Assembly: GCF_009914755.1 (NCBI RefSeq)
Contig: NC_060929.1
DNA length: 64,000 bases
Origin: the human T2T-CHM13v2.0 reference genome, Homo sapiens
Strand: one strand, 5' to 3'
Positions 43,546-56,524 of this stretch are shown here, one piece after another. A program made the translations under genes and the position numbers. The notes below the pieces were generated by a model that ran no database searches, was not told the DNA's origin, and saw only the letters and a list, made by a program, of their open reading frames with translations. Position 1 is the stretch's first letter. Every line of letters starts with the position of its first letter.

Positions 43546-43847
43546 CACAAGTATTTGCACTCTCCTTCCACCCTCCACATCTCCTAGCTTTCTTTTACAT
43601 TTCCTGTCTCTTCACCCTTTCTTGCTGACCTCTAAGAGAGCTTCTCCATCTGTTCTTCCAACTCACTGCTTTATTCATCACCTTTATCCACTTGGCTATA
43701 TACATTATTCATTGTTTTATTTACTTCAACTGTTATATATCCCATCCTTAATATTCAACTTGGTACTTTTTTATGTGTTCTCATTCTTGCTTCATATTGC
43801 TGATTATCAGCCTTAACCTCTTCATATATTTATCATCACTATATTAA

Positions 43848-43928
43848 TTACAGAGTGCTGATTGGTGCGTTTACAAACCTTTAGCTAGACACAGAGTGCT
43901 GATTGGTGCATTTTTACAGAGTGCTGAT
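43848..43928 (-). repeat. 81-bp inverted copy of the LTR12 CCAAT repeat segment 44364-44444
   Basis: Base-by-base comparison gives 80/81 identity to the reverse complement of 44364-44444. Confidence 0.95.
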
Positions 43929-44238
43929 AATCTTCTCATAATCTCACAATCTTCTCATAATCCTAATTTAGATGGCTTATGTTGTTGAGTTTGTTGTCTT
44001 TCTTATGTGATAGTTGTATTCTTTATATGGCTTTTTGATTATGTTGTCTTGAAAACTCTTCCTCTTGGATTATTAGTTACTAGCCACGGCTATGTGTTGG
44101 AAAAGGGCTAAATCCCAGCCTGCAGTTTATGTACCTCCAAATGAATTAAAACTTTGGAAACTGCCCAGGGGATGGAACCTCAGGGCCTGAAGAACTGATG
44201 GTGATTATCCCAATTTTCCCACCACGGCCAAATCATGT

Positions 44239-44983
44239 TGAGAGGTGAAGCCACCTGGGCTGCTGGGTCAGGTGGGAACTTGGAGAACTTTTCTGTCTAG
44301 CTAAAGGATTGTAAACGCACCAATCAGTGCTCTGTGTCTAGCTAAAGGTTTGTAAATGCACTAATCAGCACTCTGTAAAAACGCACCAATCAGCACTCTG
44401 TGTCTAGCTAAAGGTTTGTAAACGCACCAATCAGCACTCTGTAAAAACGCACCAATCAGCACTCTGTAAAATGGACCAATCAGCACTCTGTAAAATGGAC
44501 CAATCAGCAGGACATGGGCGGCACCAAATAAGGGAATAAAAGCTGGCCACGGGAGCCAGCAGCAGCAAACCGCTCAGGTACCCTTCCATACTGTGGAAGC
44601 TTTGTTCTTTTGGTCTTTGCAATAAATCTTGCTGCTGCTCCCTCTTTGGGTCTGCGCTTTGGAACTGTGACACTAACTGTGAAGGTCTGCAGCTTTACTT
44701 CTGAAGCCAGCAAGACGACGAACCCACCAGGAGGAATGAACACCTCTGGATGCGCTACCTTTAAGAGCTGCAACACGGTGAAGGTCTGCAGCTTCATTCT
44801 TGAGGTTAGCGAGACCACAAACCCAGCAGAAGGAAGAAACTCCGGACACATCTGAGCATCTGAAGGAACAAACTTCGGACACACCATCTTTAAGAACTGT
44901 AACACTCATTGCGAGGGTCCGCAGCTTCATTCTTGAAGTCAGTGAGACCAAGAACCCACTGGAAGGAACCGATTCCGGACACA
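44239..44983 (+). mobile_element. LTR12 (HERV9) solo LTR
   Basis: tgagaggtgaagcc...ccggacaca termini; tandem gcaccaatcagcactctg units; U5 repeats; perfect 4-bp TSD atgt at 44235-44238 and 44984-44987. Confidence 0.96.
44315..44545 (+). promoter_or_regulatory. LTR12 U3 promoter: tandem CCAAT (NF-Y) boxes and AATAAA-type TATA
   Basis: Several ccaatcag boxes followed by ataagggaataaaagc at ~44529-44544; known ERV9 LTR architecture, activity not shown. Confidence 0.6.
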
Positions 44984-47309
44984 ATGTCTCTAGTCCATGT
45001 TTCATATTTAAACTCTTTACAAGCAGTCTGCATAGATTTCATTCACGTTCCCTAATGGGAGTAGTACAGCAGTGAATGCCCAGGATACTGGTTGGCACAC
45101 GCCTGCCTTTCATTCCTCCTTCTTCCTGCAGGGCTTTGGTACTGCACTTGTAGTACCCTCCTGACACCTGTAGCTTAGGTTGCTGGTACCAATCTCTGTG
45201 GTGATTGGGCAGGCCGTGATGGTCCACGTGGCAGAACAGAAACAGAAACGCTGTTCCCCTTTGACCTTCTAGTAGCTACCTATGGCTGCCTTCCCCCCAG
45301 GCTGAAGCAATTCTCTCTTTTCCCTCCCCCAACATATAACAATCCTGAGTCTTCAGACTCCCCTGGGGCCTTATCACAGTGTTTTATTTTATTTTATGGT
45401 TTGTCATTAGTTTCTCAAATATGTTTCCCTCTGGCTTCTATAGTTTCTCTAGGGTTGATTTTCAGAAGCAGCCAGTGGCCAATGTAGTTTTTCATCTTGA
45501 CAGGATGAGAGAATGGTTTATAGAATGAGCAGGTGTATCATAGAAAGGAAAGAAACAGACAGGAGATGGATGAGTCTTAGGGAGGGAAAGGCTATGAAGG
45601 TACAGCAAGAGATGCTGTTCTCTACATTTACTTTTTATTTTAGTGTATGTGTGTGTGTGCATGCACACGTGTACATATACGTTAAAAGTCAAACAATACT
45701 GTCAGGCTTATAATAAAAATTAACAATCCTAACCCTTCTCTACTCCACAATCCTGCTCCCTTAAGGCAAAAATTTTCAACTTTTATTTTTGCTTTTTTTT
45801 TTCTGGTATTTGCTTCCACATTCTAAATAAATGCCTATATCATTATTTCTTGATTTTAAAATGTTAGCTATTTTCTTTGGCTTCCTTGCATGGAGAATGA
45901 GAAGCTAGCTCAGGTGATCACTGTGTTGGCCTTCCTACAGATTCTCTTCCCTTCCTTACTTCATTTCTTCAATTCCAATATAGTTGAACAATATATGTTC
46001 TTCATTCTTCCAGTATAGTTCCAATATAGTTGTTTTCATTATCAGCACTCCATGTTTATACCATTGTGTCCATGTGAATACAGTTCACACCTTAGACATG
46101 TAGCACACTAAGATTATATTCCTTTTCTTATATAACATTTTATTTTCTTAGGATTAATACTTGTTTTCCCCCAGCTACCCAAGTTGTTCAGTGAATCACG
46201 TGCCTATCTTAATTCTCTGACAGTTGTAGGATACTTTCAATAGAGTTGAACACATCAGGCAATCTCTCCGATTCCTCCTCAACCTCCGTGCGGGCTCTAA
46301 CTTCCTGCTCTATGCTGGATTCTGTTCACACCTTCCCTTCATTAGGATCTTGGGAATTTCCTTTGCCTGCCTTCTTATGTTAGATTTCCAGTTTCCTAAT
46401 TTTGTATCTACCTCTTTCTTGATTCATTCTCATGTTTGGTGAAGAAACTAGTATCTTCTAATAGCGTCCTAAGAGAGTCTGTAAGAGGTAAAATGTATGT
46501 CTATACATAGTGGTCAGTTGTTATTCAGGCTGGCTCCAGTTTCCGAACATTGTTTTAGCAGTTTCCCACGTTATAAATTCTGCATTCCTAACGAAGATTT
46601 TTCAGGTCATTTTCCAGTTGTGAGATTGCAGACATGTGGTTTTGATTCCACCAGTCAACTGCATCTGTGCCAGATTCAAAATCTGGGTCCAGAACTGAAT
46701 TATTTGGGAAAAAGCCAGGGTCTGAGGTTGTTACTTTGCTGGTGCAGCTCTGGGCCCGGCAGTACAGCAGGACTCTGGAGTCTAAATGTGCAACCATAGC
46801 ACCTGATTTGTCAACTTCCTGGTGATGGCAGAGGCCATAGGTTGGAACTGGCACTGGTGGCAGTAGCCTCCTGGTTTCATGGCTTGTGTGAGCAGCGTTG
46901 TGCTGTGGAGCTGGGTGTCACAACTGGAAGCACAATCCGTTTCCTTCCCTCAGTCTTGAGCTCTCACTACGTCATAACTAGTCCTTTTGGCTTAAACTGG
47001 CTACAGTAATTTCTGCCTTGCTAAACTAACTTGGCCAATATATCCCTTGTATGCCTAAAGATGTCCTTGTCCTTCTGTAAGACGTAAGTTTGGTCAGGTA
47101 TAGAATTCTAATTTCGAAACCATTTTCTTCAAAAATTAGAAAGCATTTCTCCAGTGTCTCTGGTTTCTAGCGTTGTTGCTGAGAAGTCCAAAGCCATTCC
47201 GTTTTGAGACCATGTATATGATTTGCTTCTCTCTAAAGCTTTTCTGTTTTATCTCAAAGTAGTATTTATTCTTAATTTTTCTGTTTTTATATAATCATAT
47301 TTTATTTAC

Positions 47310-47614
<305 letters not shown>

Positions 47615-47943
47615 TAAAGAGACAAAGAGTTCTGTTGTCTTATGAAAAGCAGCCTTTGTTTCCTCACTTCACCCCTCCCCATTTCCTTATTATCAGAAAT
47701 GACCACTTTCACCACAATGTATATTAACAACATAATTAAATATATTTTTGTGCATATGAATTGATGCCAGTAAATCTTTCAATGTTATCATATTTGACTG
47801 TTATACACATTTTCAAGAAAACATTATATATGAAAGCAGATGACTGCCTTGTATCTAAACAGACTTTGGGGTGTAGGAGTTATAGATCCTCAAGTAGCAG
47901 TTGTTAGTGGGTTTTCCTCCTCTGAAGAGTATTTCACTCATTA

Positions 47944-48165
<222 letters not shown>

Positions 48166-51100
48166 GAGAAAGAAGGGGTGGGCAGGTAATTTTGGGACCA
48201 TGAGGTTTCTGACACCAACATTCCAGGATTTCAGGGTGGGCCTCCTGATCTGGGGAAAAGGCTGTGGAGTGAATCTAAAGAGCTACAACTAGAAGCCCAG
48301 TAAGGTTGATGTGGAACTTCTTGGCTGAGCCCACCATTAAGGGATTGGAATTCTAAGGCATGGAACCTGGAAAAACCACTGTAGCCCGGGCAGGGTGTGA
48401 ATGGGTGGATGCCTCGCCTCACCTGATCACTTAGGACCATATCTAAGCACCAGGAGAAACAGCAGGATCGGTGCAGAATAAGTCACTTCCAAGCTGCTTA
48501 GGCTTCAGATGCCTTTAGTGTGACTGTGCATCGTAAATCAATCAGCTTTTGTAATGCTTGCTAAAATCTCCAACGTTAAGGGAGAACCTTTGGCTCCAAA
48601 GTAGCAAAATAGTGAGATAGGAATTAGCAGGACTCCCTTCTCAGGCTACTTAGCATCCCGGAAGTATTAGATGTATGAAAGGTGTAAGGGGTCTAACAGA
48701 TACACTGATTTCCTGTTAATATGGACACTGGGGGCTGGAACACTGCATTAGGGACCCTCCTGGAATGAGGTTGGCTGTTATTCAAGATACAGCCTGTGAA
48801 ATAAGATGTACTGGTTACACATATTTTACTGATATTCTCTCTCAATTTCTCTTGACACTAGCAACTCTGGTTACCTGTAATTTAATATTTTTTTCGAGCA
48901 GCTGAAGATGACAGGATGGGGGAGAGAAAGGAGTGCAAACAGGGAAGCCTAGATCTGACATGATTTTTCTGTGTCCAAAGCACCCCCCCTCAAGTTGCCC
49001 CTGTTGAACCCAAGCTAGTTTCTACAACTCACAAAGATACACTTTAATCCAATTTCTATATTTCTTCCATGCAAAATTATACTTTTGATCAAAGATAGGA
49101 AAGAAGAGCCTAATAGCTTAAAGCCGAACATAAAGAACTCTGACCTTAGCTTCTCTGAATAGCAACCAATAAATATAATGACAACAACAACAAACAAAAA
49201 CAAGAAAACCCAAATCATAAAACAAAAAAAACCCCCCATACAAACAGAAACACTTGATGCATCATTAGATCCACACACTAGGGTGAGCAACACAGTTTCA
49301 AAAAACAATGATAAGTCTGATAGGAAAGGTGGAGCAGGACGGGCTGCTGGAGCTTTTCTGGAAATGAAAAGAAGCAAATGGCCCAAGCCAGTGTCCCCAT
49401 ATCTGTGCCTCTTGCTAAATGGCCTGTCTGCTCCATGACAGCTGTTTTCAAGGTCCTGGAAATTGGTTCCCTAGCTTAATCCAAGGTGAATTGGACTCAT
49501 GGAATCATTCAGTCACACTCAATTCCGCCATAGTCATATTTGCACAGATGTTGTGTCAGCTGTCCTGATTCCTTGGGCGATGTGGGGCTGGAGCTACGAC
49601 TGTGACTAATGAAAGACACATTTGTCCTTTGTAGTGAAAGAGAAAGGGCACTACGGAACAATTCCATGTATTAAATAGAAGGTGTAGGTTGGAAATGAAC
49701 ACACTGATTCCAATAAGATATGGGAGATTATTTAAATTTGATAGCAAGTGGTTATAACTTGAAGAAATTTGAATACAAGAGGTTCTAGTGGAGCATTTTT
49801 CACTAAAAAAAGAAAATCTCTAAAATAAGCAAAAGTAATCAGAATGTATCAACTCAAGAGAGAACAAGATATGGCACTTGGAAAGGAAAGGTAATAACTG
49901 CAATAATAATGTTCAGGCTCTGTTATTTTTTGAGGCTGGTTCAATAAAATGTAATGTAACATTAACAATTTCTTGGGAAAAAAAACCAATCAACTGCTCT
50001 TCTCTTTTTATCTATGGCTCTATATTCTGCATGAATACAAATGCCCTTGTACTCGGGCATTTGTGAGGAATTCTGGGATGTTAAGTAACAATGAAAGTGA
50101 AATTTGTAATATTTTACTTAAGAATAAATGCTAATTAAAGCTTTATTTATAAAATATTATCTACTTGTTTTTAATCTAAATGCCTCCTCAATTTCAGCTA
50201 TTGATTTCACTCCATTCAAATCTAGGATGAATGTATGTTGTAGTCTAGTGCATTATGCCATCTTTTTCAATTCAAAATACCCTGTTCACAGAAGGAGTGA
50301 TTTTTCTTCATGTTTGCTAACCCGTTATCTTTCCACAGGCTTTGAGGGATGGCGATATATGGGTTATACACTGAGAGCAAAAGCAAGCTTGAGGCAGTGC
50401 TTTCTAAGCTTTTCTGTTTACTCAAGTTGGGCACCCAACCCTAACTGTAACGTCCAGAGTGGGTCTCTTTGGTCCAGGTATCTCTGTCTGGTAATCTCGA
50501 GGGTCTCTTTAACTAAGAGCTTTACAAAGATAATAGAATGATTTGTTGAGAATGATTGAATCCAAACCCTACAATTAAAACTAGTTTCCAACTTCAGCAT
50601 TAATGTAGATAACAACCTATGAGCTATCATAAACTGGAATTTGATATCCCTTTTCAGTGTTTCCTCCTCTGCATGAGTGGTTCAGGGAACATTTTCTGTT
50701 AGGATATCTGTTCTCTGGGCTTCCCCTTTTTCTTGTCAATAGTCCATGCTCTTCAATGTCCCAGGCTATCAGATGAGCCCATATTGCTATTTTCAGACAT
50801 TTCTTTGGCTCTATGTATATCAGGGCTAAAGTTTGCTTTGAGTGTAGGCTTTATGGACTGTTTCTATAGACCTGCTTGTGTCTGGAATGCTCTGGAAAAT
50901 GCAGATGCTTTACTTTCCCTGTGCACCTGGGTGCCAACTATGGAGTCTATGCAGCCGCTCCACTCCATACTTCTCATCTAAGCACTGTCTTGCATCCACA
51001 CTCTCTCTTCCAGAGGTGGTGTAGTCCTCTCACTTTGTCTTAGGTGATGTGAAGGGTTCTATTCACCTCCTTTTTTGCTGAAAAAGTATGTCCCTCATGG

Positions 51101-51321
51101 AGTCAAGGTGAAAATGGATTCCTCCACTGAGTGGTACCAAGACAGCTCCTACTCAATGCCATTCATCATTCCCAAGCAACAAAGGCTCAGGAGATGTGCA
51201 ATTCCCATCTACGCCATGTGCAGGAAACCCACTTAGACACAAGGATGTGTTGCAGGAGTTAGGGAGAATTGCTCATACTTCCATAACAAACCAACCACTC
51301 CGTCTCCTTCTCTTTTTAAAT

Positions 51322-51365
51322 TCCTTCCTTCCTTTCTTCCTCCTTCCCTCCCTCCCTCCCCTCCA
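51322..51365. repeat. (TTCC)n/(CTCC)n polypyrimidine microsatellite
   Basis: ttccttccttcctttcttcctccttccctccctccctccc. Confidence 0.85.
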
Positions 51366-51744
51366 GATTCCTTCCAATTACTTTGAAAAGAAGTTTAACT
51401 TGCCACATACTGAATACAGAAAAATGGCTTGTTCACCTATCTTCCTGCACATTCTCAATCTTGATTCTGTATCAGATTTATCTTCAATTTTTTAGAAATA
51501 AGAAGCTTGAGCCACTCTTCCACTGAAACAGAATTTCTGGGAATGACAGTTAAGAAGTCTGTATTTTTAAAAATCTCCACTCTTTAAAAAATACTCTAAC
51601 ATGCAATGTGCAGCCAGATTTGAGAACCTATAGACTGAATGTTGCCTGCTGTGGCCATGATGTGTTAAATGCTACATTTAAATGCACTGGTTGTATTGCA
51701 GTCAGTTTAGTTTAAGTCTCTTTTTCATGGCCTGGCTAGAGGGA

Positions 51745-51990
51745 AAACATTAAGAATGTGGTTTGTCACACCAGACTTCCAAAGTTCAAATCCAGACTCT
51801 ATCCTTGTGTGTTTTATTGAGCAAGTTATTTAATCTCTCCATGCTTCATTTTATTCATCTATAAAATAAGCATTAAAATAGTACCTATCTCATGGCATCC
51901 TTGGATGATTAAACAAGATTATACATGTAAAGCACTAGGAACATGTGCTTGACACATAGTTAATGCTGCTGAAATATTAACCATTACCAT
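51745..51990 (+). mobile_element. MIR SINE
   Basis: Core gagcaagttatttaatctctcc...catctataaaat...atagtacctatctcat...tgtaaagcactaggaaca. Confidence 0.8.
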
Positions 51991-52169
51991 TATGTCATCC
52001 TGAGCAAATCACAGAGGTCTCCTAGAGTTTGAAAGGGCTTTAAAAGTTCATCTGGTCCTCAGGTAGTTTAATATTATTATGATCTTCGTTTTACAGATTG
52101 GAAAGCTCAGGTTCCTAAGTATATGCCTTCCCACGATGATTCAGAATGAAATTAACAATTATAATAACA

Positions 52170-52470
52170 AAAACAATAACAACTAGTATCTATTGAGTGG
52201 GTTGCTACATGCCAAACACTGTATTAAGTTTTTGATGTACATTATATCCTCAACTCCATGGTTTTCAACCTTTATGTGCACACAAGTCACCTGGAGATCT
52301 TGTTAAAATGTAGATTCTGACTCCCTAGGCCTTGGATGGGGCTCAAGATTCCACACCTCTAACAAGCTTCCAGATGATGGTGCTGCTGCTAGTCCAGGAT
52401 CCACCCTTTGAGTAGCATGGTTTAACCTTAACAACGACCCTACCTGATAGGTACTATTTTTTGTCCAATT
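52170..52470 (-). mobile_element. MIR fragment split by MER5A
   Basis: tattgagtgggttgctacatgccaaacactgtattaag / aaccttaacaacgaccctac..gataggtactatt. Confidence 0.65.
52256..52421. mobile_element. MER5A hAT-Charlie MITE
   Basis: gtcacctggagatcttgttaaaatgtagattctga...ctaacaagcttccagatgatggtgctgctgctagtcc. Confidence 0.82.
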
Positions 52471-52984
52471 ATTTTTCTTTACCCAGTATTTGACTTACTT
52501 TTGAAACTCCAGTTCAATATCACTGATTCAGGGTCATAGAAATGACTCAGGGTCACAGAAGTTTTTCATCAGACATGGCTAGTGACTTCTGGTCTTATTT
52601 TGGTGACATTTGCTTTTCCTTACTAAGTTACAACACTATAATTACACATGCAGTACCCAATGATCTTAAGATGTTATATGTAATTACTAAAGTTTAAACT
52701 CTGACAAACAATTCACCATAGGAACTATAGGAGACACAGAAGCATGATGTTAAAATTTGCCACATTTCGTCTTTATCTCAGACATTTAGAAGAGATGATT
52801 CTGCTCATGAAGACATGAAAATACTATGGTTACTCAATATGCACCTGTTTTTTGAGTGCTGGTGTATAATTAAGCACCTTGCTAATCATAGATGTCTAGG
52901 GAGTACTAGCCAGGCCTAGCCAGGCGCCAGTTAGGATAAGTAACTGGAACTAGGTTTACTGGGAGCTCTCACTTGAGTAGTAGG

Positions 52985-53357
52985 AGGTGTTGATTCAGAC
53001 CTCTGGGGACCAGATGCTGAGACAGAACGAGGAGTGCAATAGATTTACTGCACTGGAGAGTAACGTTTGTGAAGAGAAAAGGGGAAAGTAAGGATTGGAC
53101 GTGAGGCGCTGTCAGACCATGATGCTGATCGGACAAAGTATCTGCCAGCCCACTGGAGAGCTCTGAGCACAGATTGCTCATTACAGAAGTCAGCATTAGT
53201 GGATGGTTATGCCTGGGGGCCACCCAAAAAATAGTTTGATGTGGGCTCAAAAGCTGAAGCAGGCCTGAATGAGTTAACAGCTGGAATTGTCTGCTAACTC
53301 CACTCCTGGGCAACGTGTTCTTTCTTGAGGGGGGGGCCTGCAACATGGGCTACCACA
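52985..53357 (-). mobile_element. LTR16C-like ERVL LTR
   Basis: cagatgctgagacaga...tcagaccatgatgctgatc...ccactggagagctctgagc. Confidence 0.65.
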
Positions 53358-53769
53358 GAAAACAACCAGGAAAGCTGAAGATCAAACTTAAATATAAGGA
53401 ACCAAGGATTCTAAGCTCAGTGAAATGGGTTAAACTCAAATAAGGTCAGGATTAAAAAAGATGGGAGGGAGTGTTATAACTCGGGAATGACCTGAGCCTT
53501 TGTCTTGACACCAGCAAGAATTTAAGACTTACTTTGATGGGCAAGAGAAGGCACAAGGCATGGAGGGGTCATTCTGGCTTTAAGGGCCAGGGGTGTGATA
53601 TACAATTAAAAATATATAAAGCATTCCATAGCTATCTCCGCTCTAAGCAGGGACATGACTTTAAAACTTTGGGGATATATGACAATTGCTGTATGTTCTG
53701 CTGCTTAGTGGCAGAGGCCAAATGGCATAGATATCACTGTTACATAGATATGTATAGGTCTGGTATGAT

Positions 53770-53890
53770 GGATAAGGAGGTAGGCCCTGGAATGCGACAA
53801 TTAATCCAAGTCCCAGTACTATTCCTTCAAGTTCTGTGACCTTAAGAAAGTTATTTATCTCTATAACTTCAGTTTATTATATGTAAAAAA
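53770..53890 (+). mobile_element. MIR fragment
   Basis: ctgtgaccttaagaaagttatttatctctataacttcagtttattatatgtaaaa. Confidence 0.6.
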
Positions 53891-54116
53891 ATAGACTAAA
53901 AGACTCTGAGATTTTTTTTTTTGCTAGTTTATGAATATTACACAGAATTCTGGATCTTGGTTATACTTTCAAATAGGGAGAAATGCAGTGTCAGCATGAT
54001 TTAATTTGATGGGCTTTCAGAACGCTGCCTTCCTAACTTCCCATATCCATACATCCCTATATTGAAGGGTTTGGAATTTTGAAGTGGGGGGCAGTTGGGG
54101 GAAAAGAATGGTAGCT

Positions 54117-54290
54117 TGTATTTATTTGTTTTGAGCAAGGGTCTCTTGCTATATCACCGAGGCTGGAGTGCAGTGACTCTTCTCAGGTGTGGTCATAGCA
54201 CAATATAGCCTCGAACTCCTGTGCTCAAGAGATCCTACTGTCTCAGGCTCCCAAGTAGCTGGCACTACAGATATGTGCCACTGCACCCAC
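54117..54290 (-). mobile_element. Alu monomer (FRAM/AluJ right arm)
   Basis: ggctggagtgcagtg...cctcgaactcctgtgctcaagagatcc...gtgccactgcaccc. Confidence 0.8.
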
Positions 54291-55452
54291 TATGGAATAG
54301 TAACTTTGAGCATGGGCAGTTTCCCAGAAGCATAGGCCTGTGTGGCTACTGCTTGGGTGTGTGTGGCTGACAGTGGAAGGAAGATGAAAGGAAAGAAGGT
54401 CTGTTTGTCCAGAGGGCAGAATCAGAGCTTTAGGTTTCTGGGAAGGGAGAAACAGCTGAGAGATGGAGGACAGTGTCCAGGGAAGAAGAAAAAGACAAAC
54501 CCAATTTCATTGAGAGCAAATTTTGAGTAGCAGAATCTGAGAGAGTCCTAGGAAGCTTGCAGAGAAACTAGAAGCAAATCATAGCGTGGAGGGCAGAGCA
54601 ATCATGTCTGTGGGATGAACAGAAGGATTTGAAAAATGCATGATTAGGTCAAAGACAGGAAGTTAACTACCAAAAATGTTATGAGCTATTCTCCAGAAAA
54701 CAAGCTTTACTTGATACAGAAAGGGTAAACATTAGCTCCAAAGTAGCATTTCTTGTCGACAAAGACTGATATCATAAATCAACAAGGGAGGTTGTGAAAT
54801 TCACAACCATTGAAGATAGCCCCAGTGTGGCCCTGCATGAAGTTGAGAAAACAAGAAATAACCACTTTTAAAGCCTTTTAGCCCTAGGATTCTTTGATTT
54901 ATGGAAAAATTTAACATCTTTACTTTTTCTACTTCACCTATCATCTCATGTGCATGCGGCAAAGGTCTGAGTGTGTAGTTTACTGAGTAACAAGCCCAGA
55001 AACCCGCCGGAGCACACACACAGTGAGGTGACTCTGTCGCCCATAGAGCCACTAAAATGACATCAATAAATCATAAAATATGCCCAAGAGGGCATTATAA
55101 ATCATTTAGAGTTGCTATTAATATTTTAGACATGTACATTTTTAGCAGTGTGTTAAATTTTAGTGTTTGCATTCCATTTTAATTTAGCACTTGATAATTG
55201 AAAAATGAGGCTGTTAAAAAATGATCTTAGATTTTTTTTTTTTTTGGTTAAACATTTAAGGATTGAATAGAATAAGGGAAATGGTCACTGCTAGATTCAT
55301 TTTCTCTAAAATTGTTGCCTGGCACTTTGGATACTTATTCTCTTGGAGTAGGGGAGGGTGATAACCATTGGTCTTCCTTGGTAAGGAAGAAACATTTTGA
55401 TCTCCCTTCCAGGCTGTGAAGCTCTTACTTTACGTGGCACTGTGGTGACTGG

Positions 55453-55552
55453 TAGAGTAAACAATTTATCCCAGTTTGTCCAGGGCTTTCCTGGTTTAAG
55501 CGTTCCTAAGAGACACCTCAGTGCAAAGCCAACTGAAATGGCTGGTTACCCT
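55453..55552. mobile_element. MER81-like hAT-Blackjack MITE
   Basis: tagagtaaacaa..tcccagtttgtccagggctttcctggttt...ggctggttaccct. Confidence 0.55.
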
Positions 55553-56524
55553 GGGTAGGCCCAAAGTCCAGAGTACTGGCTCCTGGAAAAATGGTAGATT
55601 TGATCACAGTAGTCTTTAGCACCTTCTTACTTTCTTTCTGTGACCTGCCTCTTGTATCTACTTTGGGAAAATCCCATAATTTAGTCTATGGGACTGACTT
55701 AAGTCATGTATTTGTCTCTCAACAATCACCGTGGCCAAGAAAGTGGACTACACTGATTGCCCAAGCCTGAGAAACATATCCAGACTTAGATGTGGGGATG
55801 GAATAAAGTCAGTCTCACCCAAATTATCTGCAAAGGGCAGGGAGGTGCCTCATCAAAGGAAAATTGAGAGGTCTATTACCAAAAGAAATAAAGGAATGAA
55901 TTCCATGCAGGAAAAAGCTAGAAATGAACACTTGAAGTAGCTATTTAAATTGAGTTGGTTTGAGGTTGAAATGAGAAAATATAAAAGTATTTTATAAACT
56001 AAAATGTACTGTGCAATTTTTAAAAAGGCTCTTCTTTTATTAACTGATGTACTACTCTGCTCAGAGTTTAGAAATGAAAGATTTTGAAAGCCTGCACTCT
56101 GATTTGATTATTGGAACATTCACTATAAACCCATGCAAATAAAACCAGCATAGCCTTACTGGGAAAGCATAGCTGTGGCATATTCTTATTTTCCTTTTTG
56201 TTTTTCTTGTTGGCCTTATGGAGGAGAAAATCATGGAGGGAGTGAGGAAAAGAAAGAGAAGCTGGATAGCATTGCATATCAAGAAAAATTTATGGTCAAC
56301 TAAACAAGCTTTCTCCGTTTCAAACATACTGTTTTATTTTGAAAAGTAAATATTGATTTTCTTAATATGAATGATAATTTAACCTGGGTATAATGATTAT
56401 ATAAGCATTAACTTTAAGCTATTTCTACTTAACCTAATTCCATTTTTTTCCTTTTTATTTCTTGGAGAGAATATTTCTTTTTCCTTCAATATTTCTGCTG
56501 TTCAGAAACCTATATACAGTAACT

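Noticed and set aside
44300-44520. CRISPR-like repeat array
   Set aside because: These are tandem LTR12 U3 units without unique spacers, in primate DNA with no cas genes.
46500-47030. Possible old LTR or pseudogene fragment (ORF 46588..46854)
   Set aside because: The right end looks LTR-like but I cannot assign a family or a parent gene by eye; it needs RepeatMasker or BLAST.
49015-50630. ORFs of 123 and 137 aa in non-repeat DNA as exons
   Set aside because: Low-complexity or AT-rich translations with no recognisable homology or clear splice structure.
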